This document shows, one piece after another, positions 41,619 through 51,810 of a stretch of DNA of 64,000 bases. Each line of letters opens with the position of its first letter. The first letter of the stretch is position 1. A model generated the notes under the pieces. It made no database searches. It saw nothing but the letters and a program-made list of their open reading frames with translations, and had not been told where the DNA came from. This stretch comes from a virus. Taxonomy: Duplodnaviria > Caudoviricetes. The position numbers and the translations under genes are program-made. The stretch lies in IMG/VR virus record IMGVR_UViG_3300049740_002155; one strand, given 5' to 3'.

Positions 41619-42088
41619 TACCATGATTTTGTATTTACTTTAATTGCTCGTTCTTCTGATAACTCATATCCCATGAGTTCTGCTAAAATTCTTGTTCGTT
41701 TTGATGGTCCGGGTACTCCGAATGTATTCACCATGAAATAGCATTTTTTTGCTTTTGTATAATCCACATCTTCAAAGTTGGGAAATTGATCAACTGCCAA
41801 ATCAACAACAGAATAATCTGGCCACATAATAAACCTATGCAATCCATCGTCTCCAGGTATGCCAGGTAACTTATATGGTTTAGAACCACGTGGTGATAAA
41901 TAATAATAAACAAATTCTGCAATTACATAACAATAGTTTTTAGTTGGATTGTCGTGTGTCCACCCTTCTTTCATTAACTTTGTTTTTAGATGCTTTTTTC
42001 CCATAACACGAAGTGCATCATGTAAAGTTTGTTTATTGACACCTGCTAACTCATACATAGCTTGCAGTCGTTCTTCTGAGATTTTCAT
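41618..42088 (-). CDS. putative transglutaminase/papain-like Cys-His-Asp protein
   Basis: NYCYVIAE (Cys on a helix), LHRF (His), VVDLAVDQF (Asp) in the expected order. Confidence 0.55.
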   Translation of the reverse strand: MKISEERLQAMYELAGVNKQTLHDALRVMGKKHLKTKLMKEGWTHDNPTKNYCYVIAEFVYYYLSPRGSKPYKLPGIPGDDGLHRFIMWPDYSVVDLAVDQFPNFEDVDYTKAKKCYFMVNTFGVPGPSKRTRILAELMGYELSEERAIKVNTKSW

Positions 42089-43371
42089 TCAATATAATCG
42101 TCGGCATCTTTGGTGGGTGGATACAATGTACTACTTTCAACCAACCAGTCTCTAAAGTTTTGATTTGCTTTTAAATCAACAACCAGATGATAACGATCCT
42201 GTGATCCACCGTTAAATGCAGTATGTGGTTTCCTCATATCAAGATACCACAATTCTCCTTCTTTCATTTTATCAACCGTTTTTGTTCCGTCTGTGTTCCA
42301 AAGTGTGAATTGTACTTTTGGATTTGTTTGAATTGGGAAGTGAACTCTTGCCCATTGATTATCTGAAATACCTGCTTCTTTGTCTTGACGGTCTGTGTGA
42401 CGTTGTAACTCTCCTTCGCCACCCGCAAGTTTAAGAATTCTGATTCTTTCAAATTCATAAGGAAGAAGTTTTAAATATTCTTCTACTGCTGGTAGTTTTG
42501 CACGAAGTGGAGTATCTTCTACTTTCCATTTTAATTTTTCTGGATTATTCTTTTTCCACTTGTTGTTCATTTCACTTGGTTTGATAATGAAATCCCACTC
42601 ACCTCCATAACCAGATACTGTTACTCCTGACCATGAATCACTTTTATTGTAATTTGAATAATGATTAGAAAACTCGGAACTTACTTTATTTAATTGTTCC
42701 ATGATTTTTTTAGGATTAGGAACACCTGGCATTGCTAATCTTTGTAAGGCAATTTCTTGTGCAGGGTCTATTTGTGAGTGTTCACCACCTTTAAACCAAA
42801 ATCCATACATATCTGCGAAACTGCTTATAAGATTATCTTTTCTTGTATAACCAATAGATGCAAGAAGTTCACGAATTCTTTTGAGTTGCATATCACATTC
42901 AATGACTGTAACTCCTTCTTCAAAGAAGTTTCCTTTTGCTTCGTGCTTTTCAATTAGTTTACCTAACCATTCTTCGTAACCAGGATAACAAGCAACTTCT
43001 TGAATATAAGCATCATTTGAACTTAAAGTAATTTCACGACCTGTAAAACTTACTATCTTCTTTTTCTTGGAGTGCATTTTTGGAATATCAAAATATAAAA
43101 TACACGCACGAATAATTCCATTTTCATCTTCCACCCAATCAACTTTTTCATATGTATCTTCTTTATGACCAAGAAGTTTCTGATTCGTCATATTGTTTAT
43201 TTTTCTAAACGGATCACGTAATCTAGGTGAATCTTTATACGAGTCTTCTGGATGTTGTGTTTCCCAAAAGCAATTTAATAAGTTGTCGTAAATTGGACTA
43301 TCCTCATAGACCCACTTCTTTCCGTTGTGAAACGGCTTAGGATATTCAAGTTCAACATTTCTAAAATTCAT
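42085..43371 (-). CDS. GNAT-like N-terminal domain fused to an AspH-like 2OG-Fe(II) oxygenase
   Basis: C-terminal RIRILKL...RHTD...RVHFPI.TN...GELWYLD..KPHTAFNGG..RYHLVVD (HxD...H...R); N-terminal AYIQEVACYPG...LASIGY is only weakly GNAT-like. Confidence 0.7.
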   Translation of the reverse strand: MNFRNVELEYPKPFHNGKKWVYEDSPIYDNLLNCFWETQHPEDSYKDSPRLRDPFRKINNMTNQKLLGHKEDTYEKVDWVEDENGIIRACILYFDIPKMHSKKKKIVSFTGREITLSSNDAYIQEVACYPGYEEWLGKLIEKHEAKGNFFEEGVTVIECDMQLKRIRELLASIGYTRKDNLISSFADMYGFWFKGGEHSQIDPAQEIALQRLAMPGVPNPKKIMEQLNKVSSEFSNHYSNYNKSDSWSGVTVSGYGGEWDFIIKPSEMNNKWKKNNPEKLKWKVEDTPLRAKLPAVEEYLKLLPYEFERIRILKLAGGEGELQRHTDRQDKEAGISDNQWARVHFPIQTNPKVQFTLWNTDGTKTVDKMKEGELWYLDMRKPHTAFNGGSQDRYHLVVDLKANQNFRDWLVESSTLYPPTKDADDYIE

Positions 43372-43392
43372 CTATATATTATATAAACAAAT

Positions 43393-44298
43393 TTATTTGG
43401 CGTCAACTATTTTTTTGATATAATCTTCTAGTTTAATTTTTGCGTTCCAACCAAGATGTTGGTAGGTTAGAGATGGAATTGCTTTTCCGTAGAATCTTTC
43501 ACCACGTCTTTCTGGAATCATAATATGTTTATGATTAAACATTTTTGCTACATCAATTATTTTATGTGGAATTCCTGTGCCAAGTGGGTATTCTCCTTGT
43601 TGTCCTTTTGTGGCTGCCAATACAACCCCATTTACAATATCGTCTATATGTGTAAAATCTCTTGACTGATTACCCGGTTCTACGACAGTGAGTGGTTCTC
43701 CTTTGGAATATTGTTCTTCAAATATACCAATAACGGTTGCGTAATCACCCGTTCTTACTTGTCCTGGACCATAAGCATTATAGAAATAAGTGATTTCAAA
43801 TTTAAGATTAAACCATTCTGCATAATTGTTGATTAGTTCAACCATTTTTGCTTTCATCCACGCATACGGAGAAAGATTTTCGTCTTTACCATCATTACCA
43901 AATTTACTTGAACTTGCTGAATAAACTAACTTTGCTTTTTTTGCGACACAATAATCAAGAACCATTTTAGTTCCTTGCATATTATAGTCCCAACAATTAT
44001 CAAACGAATCAAAACTTGTTACGATTCTTGAAAACTCACCAAAGTGGAAAACAACATCTGGTTCGAAGGCATCTGCAATATCCATCTTGGTATTGGTTAC
44101 GTCAAATTTTTTCGGAATTAAAGTTTGAGTATCTTTATTAAGATAAGTTACTTTTTTACTTTTAATATGATTGCTTTCAAATCCACTACTATAATTGTCA
44201 ATGCTTATAATCTGAATGTTCTTATATTTTCGTATAAGTTTGCGTATAAGTGCAGTACCAACAAAACCTGCACCACCTGTTATCAAGACTTTATTCAT
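43393..44298 (-). CDS. NAD-dependent nucleotide-sugar epimerase/dehydratase
   Basis: VLITGGAGFVG, YSASSS, PYAWMK (YxxxK), YFYNAYGP, RDFTHIDD. Confidence 0.92.
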   Translation of the reverse strand: MNKVLITGGAGFVGTALIRKLIRKYKNIQIISIDNYSSGFESNHIKSKKVTYLNKDTQTLIPKKFDVTNTKMDIADAFEPDVVFHFGEFSRIVTSFDSFDNCWDYNMQGTKMVLDYCVAKKAKLVYSASSSKFGNDGKDENLSPYAWMKAKMVELINNYAEWFNLKFEITYFYNAYGPGQVRTGDYATVIGIFEEQYSKGEPLTVVEPGNQSRDFTHIDDIVNGVVLAATKGQQGEYPLGTGIPHKIIDVAKMFNHKHIMIPERRGERFYGKAIPSLTYQHLGWNAKIKLEDYIKKIVDAK

Positions 44299-44321
44299 AT
44301 AAATAAATAAATAGATTGAAA

Positions 44322-44729
44322 CTACTTCTTTTCTTTTAATCCAGTTAAATCACTTGAACTGCGTATTTTGTCACCGAGACCATCAACCATTTCAATGTTA
44401 TGTTTTTTACAAACAACACTTTCAGGGACTTCTCCGGTGCTTCTGTCTCCACCATTTGCAAAAATGTCTGGTTTGATTGCATCGAGAGAAGCACACACAC
44501 TTTTGTCTTCATCAATGCTGAGAAATGCTTCATCAACAATTCCAAGTGCTTCTACGATTTTTACTCGGTCTACTTCGTCCATAAATGGTTTGCCCTTTTT
44601 AAGAACACATTGATGATTGTTGTTTACGATAACAACAAGACGATCACCAAGTTTCTTTGCTAATTCAAGATATTCCAAATGCCCCACGTGAATTGGGTCA
44701 AAGTATCCACTAACTGCTACTGTTTTCAT
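44322..44729 (-). CDS. cytidylyltransferase-like nucleotidyltransferase
   Basis: VSGYFDPIHVGH, KKGKPFM, FANGGDR, KIRSSS; start MKTVAV (44729). Confidence 0.88.
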   Translation of the reverse strand: MKTVAVSGYFDPIHVGHLEYLELAKKLGDRLVVIVNNNHQCVLKKGKPFMDEVDRVKIVEALGIVDEAFLSIDEDKSVCASLDAIKPDIFANGGDRSTGEVPESVVCKKHNIEMVDGLGDKIRSSSDLTGLKEKK

Positions 44730-44733
44730 TATG

Positions 44734-45105
44734 TTACTCCGATTCGTGTTTTTCTGGACGATCATAATCGTCTTGGACTCTTACAATGTCATCTTCACCA
44801 AAATAAGTTCCTGTTTGAACCTCCACCAAAATCATATCTTCTGAATCACTTGGGTTTGCCATACGATGTTTTGCTCCGAGTGGAATCAATACGGTTTCAC
44901 CTGGTTTGTAATCTTCCGTGACATCATCTAAGGTTATTCTTGCCACACCACTAACAATTGTCCATGCTTCTTGTCGTTTGTGATGATACTGATAACTTAG
45001 TCTTTGTCCTGGTTTTACAAAGATGCGTTTAACTTTGCAATATTCTGCGTCTAAAAGGATTTCGTAATTTCCCCACGGTCTTATACTTTCGTCTTGTTTG
45101 CTCAT
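44734..45105 (-). CDS. mannose-6-phosphate isomerase-like cupin (ManC C-terminal type)
   Basis: RPWGNY, KVKRIFVKPGQRLSYQYHHKRQEAW, EVQTGTYFGEDDIVR. Confidence 0.9.
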   Translation of the reverse strand: MSKQDESIRPWGNYEILLDAEYCKVKRIFVKPGQRLSYQYHHKRQEAWTIVSGVARITLDDVTEDYKPGETVLIPLGAKHRMANPSDSEDMILVEVQTGTYFGEDDIVRVQDDYDRPEKHESE

Positions 45106-45109
45106 AATT

Positions 45110-45247
45110 TTATCCCCATCTGTCTGCTAAATCTTGTTCTGATATTTTATGTTTTTTTGGTTGTATGTATTTTATTGATTTGTTCAATATGATTATACTA
45201 TGTTTTTTTGTTTTAATAAATACTTTTTTTAGATTATCCATTTCCAT
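45110..45247 (-). CDS. possible small basic protein
   Basis: fills the gap between the DHH and cupin genes; start overlaps the upstream 3' end. Confidence 0.3.
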   Translation of the reverse strand: MEMDNLKKVFIKTKKHSIIILNKSIKYIQPKKHKISEQDLADRWG

Positions 45248-46190
45248 ATATATCTTCAAACTTATCAATAAATTTTTTAAGTTCTGTTTTTGGTAATTCA
45301 TTTATACCGGCTGCTTTTTCACGACCACCACCTGTTGGGAAACTTAAAGCAAGTTTACTCGCACCTACTGGATTGTCTTTTGGGGAACGAATGCTAATAC
45401 GATAATCATCTTCATTGATATTTGTTAAAATTGCAAATGCTTTGCTTGGATTGTCTGTGGTCTGCTTGTTACTATATATACCCGAGTATCTGACGGATGC
45501 TTTTGTGTCTGGGAGTAAAATTATGCTTCCGGTGTCCGATGAGTATAATACTTCTGAGGAATTTAGTTCCTGCTCATCCAACTTCATCTGTGAGTTTATT
45601 TTGTTATATAGTTCAGATTTTTTTCTATATTCAAACGGAGATTCATAATCCTTTATGTCAAGATATACATCTTTAGGGTGAGCAGTTAAGTCTGACTCTT
45701 GATTTCCATACCCATTGTAATTCAATGTTTCTCCAATTTCTTTTAAATAACTCATGTATACTTCATTAAAACATGGATTTAGTTTTTCTGCTTGTTCGTG
45801 TAAGTTATCTCCGTATGCTCCACATATTGTCCAAGGACGATGTAACCCATCAATATATTTGTCCACCAAAATGTTGGTACAACAATTTGGGTTTGTATCT
45901 ACAAATATTTCAAAGTTGTCTCCGAGTTTAGTTTCACCGGGTTCGTGATGATCAAACCAACGAATTGTATTTCCGTTACTTAAAATTTTATTAACATGAT
46001 CTTTGTTTGATAATAACGATACATCAAATACGGTAAACTTTGATTTTTTTATGTCGGTGCAATGTCTCAGCAACTCAACATCTCGTTTGACTCCGGTAAA
46101 TACTTCCGAGTTTTGTGGATAGTGCATTCTATACTGATGTAGACTTATTATTCCGTCTGCATCTCCGTTGAAAAAATCAAAGTATTTCAT
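45234..46190 (-). CDS. DHH-family phosphoesterase-like protein
   Basis: FNGDADG, FDVS, WFDHH, C-terminal SIRSP...GGGREKAAG (DHHA1). Confidence 0.85.
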   Translation of the reverse strand: MKYFDFFNGDADGIISLHQYRMHYPQNSEVFTGVKRDVELLRHCTDIKKSKFTVFDVSLLSNKDHVNKILSNGNTIRWFDHHEPGETKLGDNFEIFVDTNPNCCTNILVDKYIDGLHRPWTICGAYGDNLHEQAEKLNPCFNEVYMSYLKEIGETLNYNGYGNQESDLTAHPKDVYLDIKDYESPFEYRKKSELYNKINSQMKLDEQELNSSEVLYSSDTGSIILLPDTKASVRYSGIYSNKQTTDNPSKAFAILTNINEDDYRISIRSPKDNPVGASKLALSFPTGGGREKAAGINELPKTELKKFIDKFEDIYGNG

Positions 46191-47056
46191 TTCTTTGTTT
46201 TCTTTTCTAACCCAACATCCGCAGAAACTGCACGTCCTTTATCTGCCATCCAATCTTTTTCTGGACGATCAAGTTCTTCGTTTCTTTTTATTACCGCATC
46301 AAGTATAGGAGTTGGTATTGAATTATCTTCTGCAAATTTTGCCAAAGCATTTGTGTCTTTTGGAAAGCAGGTTCCTCCAAATCCACGATGACCATCGTGA
46401 CCAGGAACTTTAGTATGACCAGTTCCGATTCTTTTATCTTGTGTTGCAATGCAACGCACGTTTTCATAATCAATGTCAAGTTCTGAGCATATTGATTCAA
46501 GTTCGTTAAAGAAACCAACCTTTACACTTAGAAATACATTTTTTAAATACTTTATCATTTCCGCTTCACTCGGTTTGCACTGAATTACATCTTTGTTTAC
46601 TACCGAACCACTTCCGTTATTATATGCAAGTTCAAACATACGTTTCATTTTTTCATATAAAAAAACATCCGTTGAACCAAGTATCCATTGGTCGCAATTT
46701 TTAAAATCTTCTTTCCAGTTTTTTTCAGTAAGAAATTCGGGCATAAATGCAACATCAAGTTCCTCACTTGTTCCAGGTGGAATAGTAGAACGAAGTACAA
46801 TATATTTTGAGTCATCAATTTCTTGAATTTCTTCGCAAACAGAACGCACAATGTCAAGATTTGCACTTCCGTCTGAATTCATTGGAGTAGGAACTGCAAC
46901 GAAAATAATTTCGGACTCCTCCACAAATGTTTCTATATCCAATGTTTTTGGATCTCTCTTTTCGGGAACCAAATCCCATACTAATACTTCTACGTGTGGT
47001 CTAAGCAATGTCATCGCATGACCCACGAAACCATTTCCAACAACTCCAATCTTCAT
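46187..47056 (-). CDS. ugd: UDP-glucose/GDP-mannose dehydrogenase family protein (short form)
   Basis: IGVVGNGFVG, FVAVPTP, RSTIPPG, PEFL, AEMIKY, GFGGTCFPKD; start 47056 fits the GGAGA SD spacing. Confidence 0.9.
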   Translation of the reverse strand: MKIGVVGNGFVGHAMTLLRPHVEVLVWDLVPEKRDPKTLDIETFVEESEIIFVAVPTPMNSDGSANLDIVRSVCEEIQEIDDSKYIVLRSTIPPGTSEELDVAFMPEFLTEKNWKEDFKNCDQWILGSTDVFLYEKMKRMFELAYNNGSGSVVNKDVIQCKPSEAEMIKYLKNVFLSVKVGFFNELESICSELDIDYENVRCIATQDKRIGTGHTKVPGHDGHRGFGGTCFPKDTNALAKFAEDNSIPTPILDAVIKRNEELDRPEKDWMADKGRAVSADVGLEKKTKK

Positions 47057-47121
47057 ATAACGCATTCTCCGTTTTTTAAGTGCGATATAACCTTTTATTA
47101 TAAATATAAAAAAAGATATTA

Positions 47122-47931
47122 TTACTTAAATTTTCTTTTAATTCTATCGATTGCGTTTTTGTCGGAAACATTTGTGGAATTACCTAATGATGAACCAAAT
47201 ATTTTTAAAATTTCGTTTTTACTAAATTTCTTTTCGTCATCTGCTGAACGGATTTTTTCTTTTGCATCATGAACTCCTTTAATTATATTTGATGTCATTT
47301 GACTGCTTGTAATTCCTAACCAAGTAATAAGTCCTGGTATTTTACTTACGATCCAACCAATAAGTTGTGTAATTATCGGAAGAAGTGCAGGTCCTGCGAT
47401 TACTAAAACTGCAATTGCACCGACAATTCCAAACGTTGCAGTTAACCATCCCCAGAAAGAATCAAAGAATCCTTCTTTTTGTTCTTTTGCTTTTAATTCT
47501 CCTAAACTAATTAGTTTTTCTTCTGTATCCTTTAGGTCATGACCAAGCATTTGTTTTCTTCGTGCAAGTTTTATTACATCTTCTTCTCGGTCTGTCAAAT
47601 TTTTTACTGCTATTTCGTTTTCATTTACAACATCTTCAATGTGAATTTTATCTCCTGGTTGTGGAAGACCTACAATTTCCTGTGCCTTTCGTGTAAGATT
47701 AAGTGCAACTAAGTCTTCTTTTGATTTGTTTTCTGACAAAGAAAGTGCGTCAACTGCACCTGATATATATGCACTTGTGTGACGATCAAGTTCTGATTCT
47801 TTTCTTGATATTTCCCCTGCAATTTCTTGTCTATCTTGTTTAAGTCCCCAATTTGAAATCGTAAGGCATCCACTTGTAGAAAATGATAATATTAAAACAG
47901 AGAATACAACAACAATTTTTTTATAATCCAT
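47122..47931 (-). CDS. predicted lipoprotein with coiled coil and C-terminal membrane segment
   Basis: MDYKKIVVVFSVLILSFSTSG-C signal/lipobox; hydrophobic FWGWLTATFGIVGAIAVLVIAGPALLPII. Confidence 0.7.
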   Translation of the reverse strand: MDYKKIVVVFSVLILSFSTSGCLTISNWGLKQDRQEIAGEISRKESELDRHTSAYISGAVDALSLSENKSKEDLVALNLTRKAQEIVGLPQPGDKIHIEDVVNENEIAVKNLTDREEDVIKLARRKQMLGHDLKDTEEKLISLGELKAKEQKEGFFDSFWGWLTATFGIVGAIAVLVIAGPALLPIITQLIGWIVSKIPGLITWLGITSSQMTSNIIKGVHDAKEKIRSADDEKKFSKNEILKIFGSSLGNSTNVSDKNAIDRIKRKFK

Positions 47932-48808
47932 GATTATATATAGTGTCGTTAATCTTTTTTTTAAAAAAACCAAGTTCCATATAAAAGTGTTTATTTGCGT
48001 TTTCTCTGAAGTTAATGATATTGTTTTTTAAAGATGAATCTGGTTGTTGGTAAAATCTATCCTCAACAACAACCATGTTTTTTAAAATGTATTGTTGTAC
48101 ATTCATGTTTTTTGATTTCATATATTTACAACATTCCATCACAAATGTATCATCGGGTCCATACCCTTTAAATGTATTTGGTATTCCAATGAGTTTCAAT
48201 AAATTTGCGGATATAACATTGAACCACCCACCTCCCCATTTGAATGTGTTACAGGATGTAAGTTTTACATCTCCATGATTTTTTTGTATAATCTTATTTG
48301 GATTGACTTTCTTATAGAAGTTATGAGATTTATTTAAATAAGTTTCATTTACGATACAATCCCATGTTGTGTCCCATAGTTTTACAACCTGTGGTGATAT
48401 TACAAAAAAATCACTATTTTGTCCTACGAGCTCAATAGCATTAATTTGATTTGCTAATATTTTTTTATCAAAATACAAGTCACAGTCTAAAAATAATATA
48501 TAGTCAGATTGCTTTGCTGTTGAAATTGTGCTTCTTCTGTGCTCATTGACTCCTAGAAAATTTTTATCACTGATTATTTTAAAATTAGGTTTTATCTTTG
48601 AGTTTAATTCACACTTAGAAAAAATGCTTATTAGATTTGATATATCAATTGATTTCATATTAACAATCTCTGTATTGATATTCAAGGAAACATCAAGTAT
48701 TATTTCTTCTAAATTTTTAACAAAATATGTGGCATCATTCAAACTCTCTACGATGCGTTGAAAGTTTTTAATTTCATGTGGAAATAAATGAATAGATATA
48801 AAAATCAT
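47921..48808 (-). CDS. GT-A fold glycosyltransferase-like protein
   Basis: LFLDCD (DxD), GGGWF, GYGPDDTF (resembles GT7 GWGxED). Confidence 0.75.
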   Translation of the reverse strand: MIFISIHLFPHEIKNFQRIVESLNDATYFVKNLEEIILDVSLNINTEIVNMKSIDISNLISIFSKCELNSKIKPNFKIISDKNFLGVNEHRRSTISTAKQSDYILFLDCDLYFDKKILANQINAIELVGQNSDFFVISPQVVKLWDTTWDCIVNETYLNKSHNFYKKVNPNKIIQKNHGDVKLTSCNTFKWGGGWFNVISANLLKLIGIPNTFKGYGPDDTFVMECCKYMKSKNMNVQQYILKNMVVVEDRFYQQPDSSLKNNIINFRENANKHFYMELGFFKKKINDTIYNHGL

Positions 48809-50496
48809 GATAACAAAAGTTGCCAAGAATATAAAAGATATATTGCTTCCTCACACTTTCCATTATTGTTTGAAACGGATGCAAGGAGAGATTTGTATTT
48901 TTTAAGAGGATTTTTTAATATTACATTTTTACCGACATAAAAGCATTGCTTCGGATCATAGTCAACTGGTTTGGATGAATGATTCCATATATTATATCCA
49001 TCCGTTGTTTTCTTATACTCAATTGTATGATTTCCTATATATCGTTTTTGCCATGTGTCAAATGAATAATTTGAAAATTTGATCTCATTTTTTCGTGTGA
49101 TATGCTTATGTGGATTAAGTTTAATTGTGTTTCGTGTTTTTTCAAAAGGTGTATACTTGCATTCATCGTTTAAAGAATTAGTTTCGTTTGTTAGGTAATT
49201 GACTTGATCAAAATATTTTTTGTATACAAGTTCGTTTACAAAGAAAACTACATCTGGTAAATTTTCGTAATTTTCTATAATATAGTTCAAATAAAACTTT
49301 CCGTAATTGTAGTGTTTTTCTTTTTTTATATTGTCGTATAAGTGTGTTTCACATTTTATCTTTTTTAAATTAAAACTTTTGTTAAAAAATCTAACACCAC
49401 ACACCGAGAATTCACCATTTTTTTTAGTCAATTCTTTTTTTGATTTGGGTTTTATGTTTTTTAACTTATTTACAAAATCAAATGAATTGTCATTAATTGA
49501 AAACTCACGATAATATTTCTTTATGAGCACAAGAATTTTGTTTTTAAAATGATAATTTTCTAAACTATTTTGTAAGTGATCATCTTCTTTCCGTGAATAG
49601 AAATAGTTTTTAAGTAGTTCAAGTAGTTTTTTGTTTTTAATTTTATATAATGTTTTGGTTTCTTCTAAATCACAACTTGGATTATACTTAGATGCCCTCA
49701 GTAAATGCTCACGACTTGAATACTGACGATTTATAAAATTTCCATGATATCCAATTTCAAACTCAACGCCAAGTGGTTCTATGCTTATTACCTTTTTTGT
49801 TGTGTGTCTCCATTTAATAAAATCTTTTTTAAATTCGTCCAATTCTTTAAAGAATCTATCATCTGATATAAATTGTGTAAATTCTTTAAATTCCAAATAG
49901 CCAATGAAGTTGAGGAAATCTCCTGAACCAAAGACTGCCTTGTCATATAAAGGTTTGTCTGTATCTTTAAATAGTTTGCTTGGGTATATATAGCCATAAC
50001 CCGGTTCCCCTTTTCTGTATAATAATATGTCATATAGCGAATGCTCGTTTCTTGATATAAAATATGACATTGAACAATCAAGAGCATAATCACCAAAGTG
50101 ATTTTTATGCTTTCTCATAGTGGAGCAAATTTGTACGATTTTATTTTCATTTAGTGTAGATTTAAGTTTATCAAACCAATTTGGGTTAACCGGAACTATG
50201 TCTGCATCTACCCACCCCACAAAATCATATTTATTTTTTATTTTATTCAATCCGATGTTAAGTAGTTGTTCCTTTTGCCAAAATATTTGAGTTGATTTTA
50301 TGCTTGTAATATTGTGACAATTTTTATTTACTCTGTAAATTGAATTGTCTTGATATGCTTCAATTACATATAAATCATAAAGTTCATCTTTATTCATTTT
50401 GTCGTAAAACATCAAAAAGTTTATATATTTTGATAGATAGTTACACGGGTTGAAATAACAACAAACCAAAGCAATCTTATTTTTTAATACTTCCAT
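48805..50496 (-). CDS. two-domain glycosyltransferase-like protein
   Basis: FWQKEQLLNIG, GWVDADI (DxD), GSGD; C-terminal YLNYIIENYENLPDVVFF (DUF3431-like). Confidence 0.7.
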   Translation of the reverse strand: MEVLKNKIALVCCYFNPCNYLSKYINFLMFYDKMNKDELYDLYVIEAYQDNSIYRVNKNCHNITSIKSTQIFWQKEQLLNIGLNKIKNKYDFVGWVDADIVPVNPNWFDKLKSTLNENKIVQICSTMRKHKNHFGDYALDCSMSYFISRNEHSLYDILLYRKGEPGYGYIYPSKLFKDTDKPLYDKAVFGSGDFLNFIGYLEFKEFTQFISDDRFFKELDEFKKDFIKWRHTTKKVISIEPLGVEFEIGYHGNFINRQYSSREHLLRASKYNPSCDLEETKTLYKIKNKKLLELLKNYFYSRKEDDHLQNSLENYHFKNKILVLIKKYYREFSINDNSFDFVNKLKNIKPKSKKELTKKNGEFSVCGVRFFNKSFNLKKIKCETHLYDNIKKEKHYNYGKFYLNYIIENYENLPDVVFFVNELVYKKYFDQVNYLTNETNSLNDECKYTPFEKTRNTIKLNPHKHITRKNEIKFSNYSFDTWQKRYIGNHTIEYKKTTDGYNIWNHSSKPVDYDPKQCFYVGKNVILKNPLKKYKSLLASVSNNNGKCEEAIYLLYSWQLLLS

Positions 50497-51109
50497 CTGA
50501 ATTGTAATTGCTTGAATATAAACTATTATTATACTCTTGTTTTTGTATACCCTTAATATGCATTAGATCAAGGCCAACATCTTTTGGCAAATTTGTTGAG
50601 GATGTGTGTCCGGAGATATATTCATGAACTGGACGAGTCCATCTTATAGACTTTTTGTTTTTAAAAATTCTTGTTTGATAATCTGGATAATTAATTCTAC
50701 TCTGTGTGTCAATTTTCCAATTCCACTTTTTAATATGATGTGTTTGAATTCCTTTTACGAAGTTAATTCGTGGAACTCTAAATAATTCTATTTCGTTATT
50801 TGCTATCAATATTTTTTTAATGTTCAATAGAAGTAGTTCACTTGGATATTCATCTGCATCAATTTGAAATATATATTCACCGTTACACCTCTCTATTAAA
50901 TAATTTTTATGCTTTGCATAGTCTTTGTTTAATTTATGATAATATACATTTTCATGCTTTTCTAAAATATTTTTCGTTTCATCGTTAGTTGAATAATCGT
51001 CTAAAATTACTACTTCATCATTTAAATCTTTTTTTGAATTTAGTAGTTTTAAAAGTTGATCTAAGCACTCAACCTCGTTATGTGTGCAGATTGCGTATGA
51101 TATATTCAT
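50477..51109 (-). CDS. GT2 family glycosyltransferase
   Basis: ISYAICTHNE, LDDYSTN, FQIDADE, YPDYQTRIF, VHE. Confidence 0.88.
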   Translation of the reverse strand: MNISYAICTHNEVECLDQLLKLLNSKKDLNDEVVILDDYSTNDETKNILEKHENVYYHKLNKDYAKHKNYLIERCNGEYIFQIDADEYPSELLLLNIKKILIANNEIELFRVPRINFVKGIQTHHIKKWNWKIDTQSRINYPDYQTRIFKNKKSIRWTRPVHEYISGHTSSTNLPKDVGLDLMHIKGIQKQEYNNSLYSSNYNSDGSIKK

Positions 51110-51810
51110 TTTTCTTCTATGGGTGGTATTTCCGAAGAAGTTGCTTCTGCGTCTTTTACGAAATCTTCAACTTCTCTAAATACTTTTACAAAGGTATTCA
51201 CATCACCAAATCTTTCTAATACAACACTTTTAAATTTTTTATCGGATATTTTATCTAACTTAAACCCCAAGGCCTCTTCAACTATCTTCTTCTCTCTCTG
51301 CAATTCATTGATATTATCTTGTCTACTTATTAATGTTTGTTGCATATCTTTTTTACCAGAAAACAACTTTGAGAAATCTAGATATCCAAGTTTTATTTGA
51401 GTCATGTTTGTTGTAATATAAGTACGATAACATTCCCTTTTTTGCAGTATCCTTTTTATCGTGGACGAATAAAATGGTTGAGGTCGATTTATTATTTCTT
51501 TGACTGGTGATTTTATTTCATATCTTCTTTTTAGCAAACTGATAGTATCTGTAACCAGTATGTTATTTAAAAAAGTTTTAAATTCTGTCCAAGGTAATAT
51601 CTCTAAATTTAATCCGTGTAATTTAAGTGATTTTTGATCACGATATGTATTCAGTACAAAAACAATCCTAAAAAGTTTTCTTCGTGTCGTTTTATCTTCA
51701 TCGGATGGGTTGTATTTAAATGTAATAACTTGTCCAGGTTTTATTCTGGCTACATTTGTGTTTTTAAAACCACCAACTAATCTTGTTAAATATGCTCTGT
51801 AAAAACTCAT
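51106..51810 (-). CDS. hypothetical protein, possibly a distant T4 gp2-like DNA end protector
   Basis: PGQVITFKYNP...LHGLNLEILP...ECYRTYI; TATTTATA upstream; function call is weak. Confidence 0.45.
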   Translation of the reverse strand: MSFYRAYLTRLVGGFKNTNVARIKPGQVITFKYNPSDEDKTTRRKLFRIVFVLNTYRDQKSLKLHGLNLEILPWTEFKTFLNNILVTDTISLLKRRYEIKSPVKEIINRPQPFYSSTIKRILQKRECYRTYITTNMTQIKLGYLDFSKLFSGKKDMQQTLISRQDNINELQREKKIVEEALGFKLDKISDKKFKSVVLERFGDVNTFVKVFREVEDFVKDAEATSSEIPPIEEK

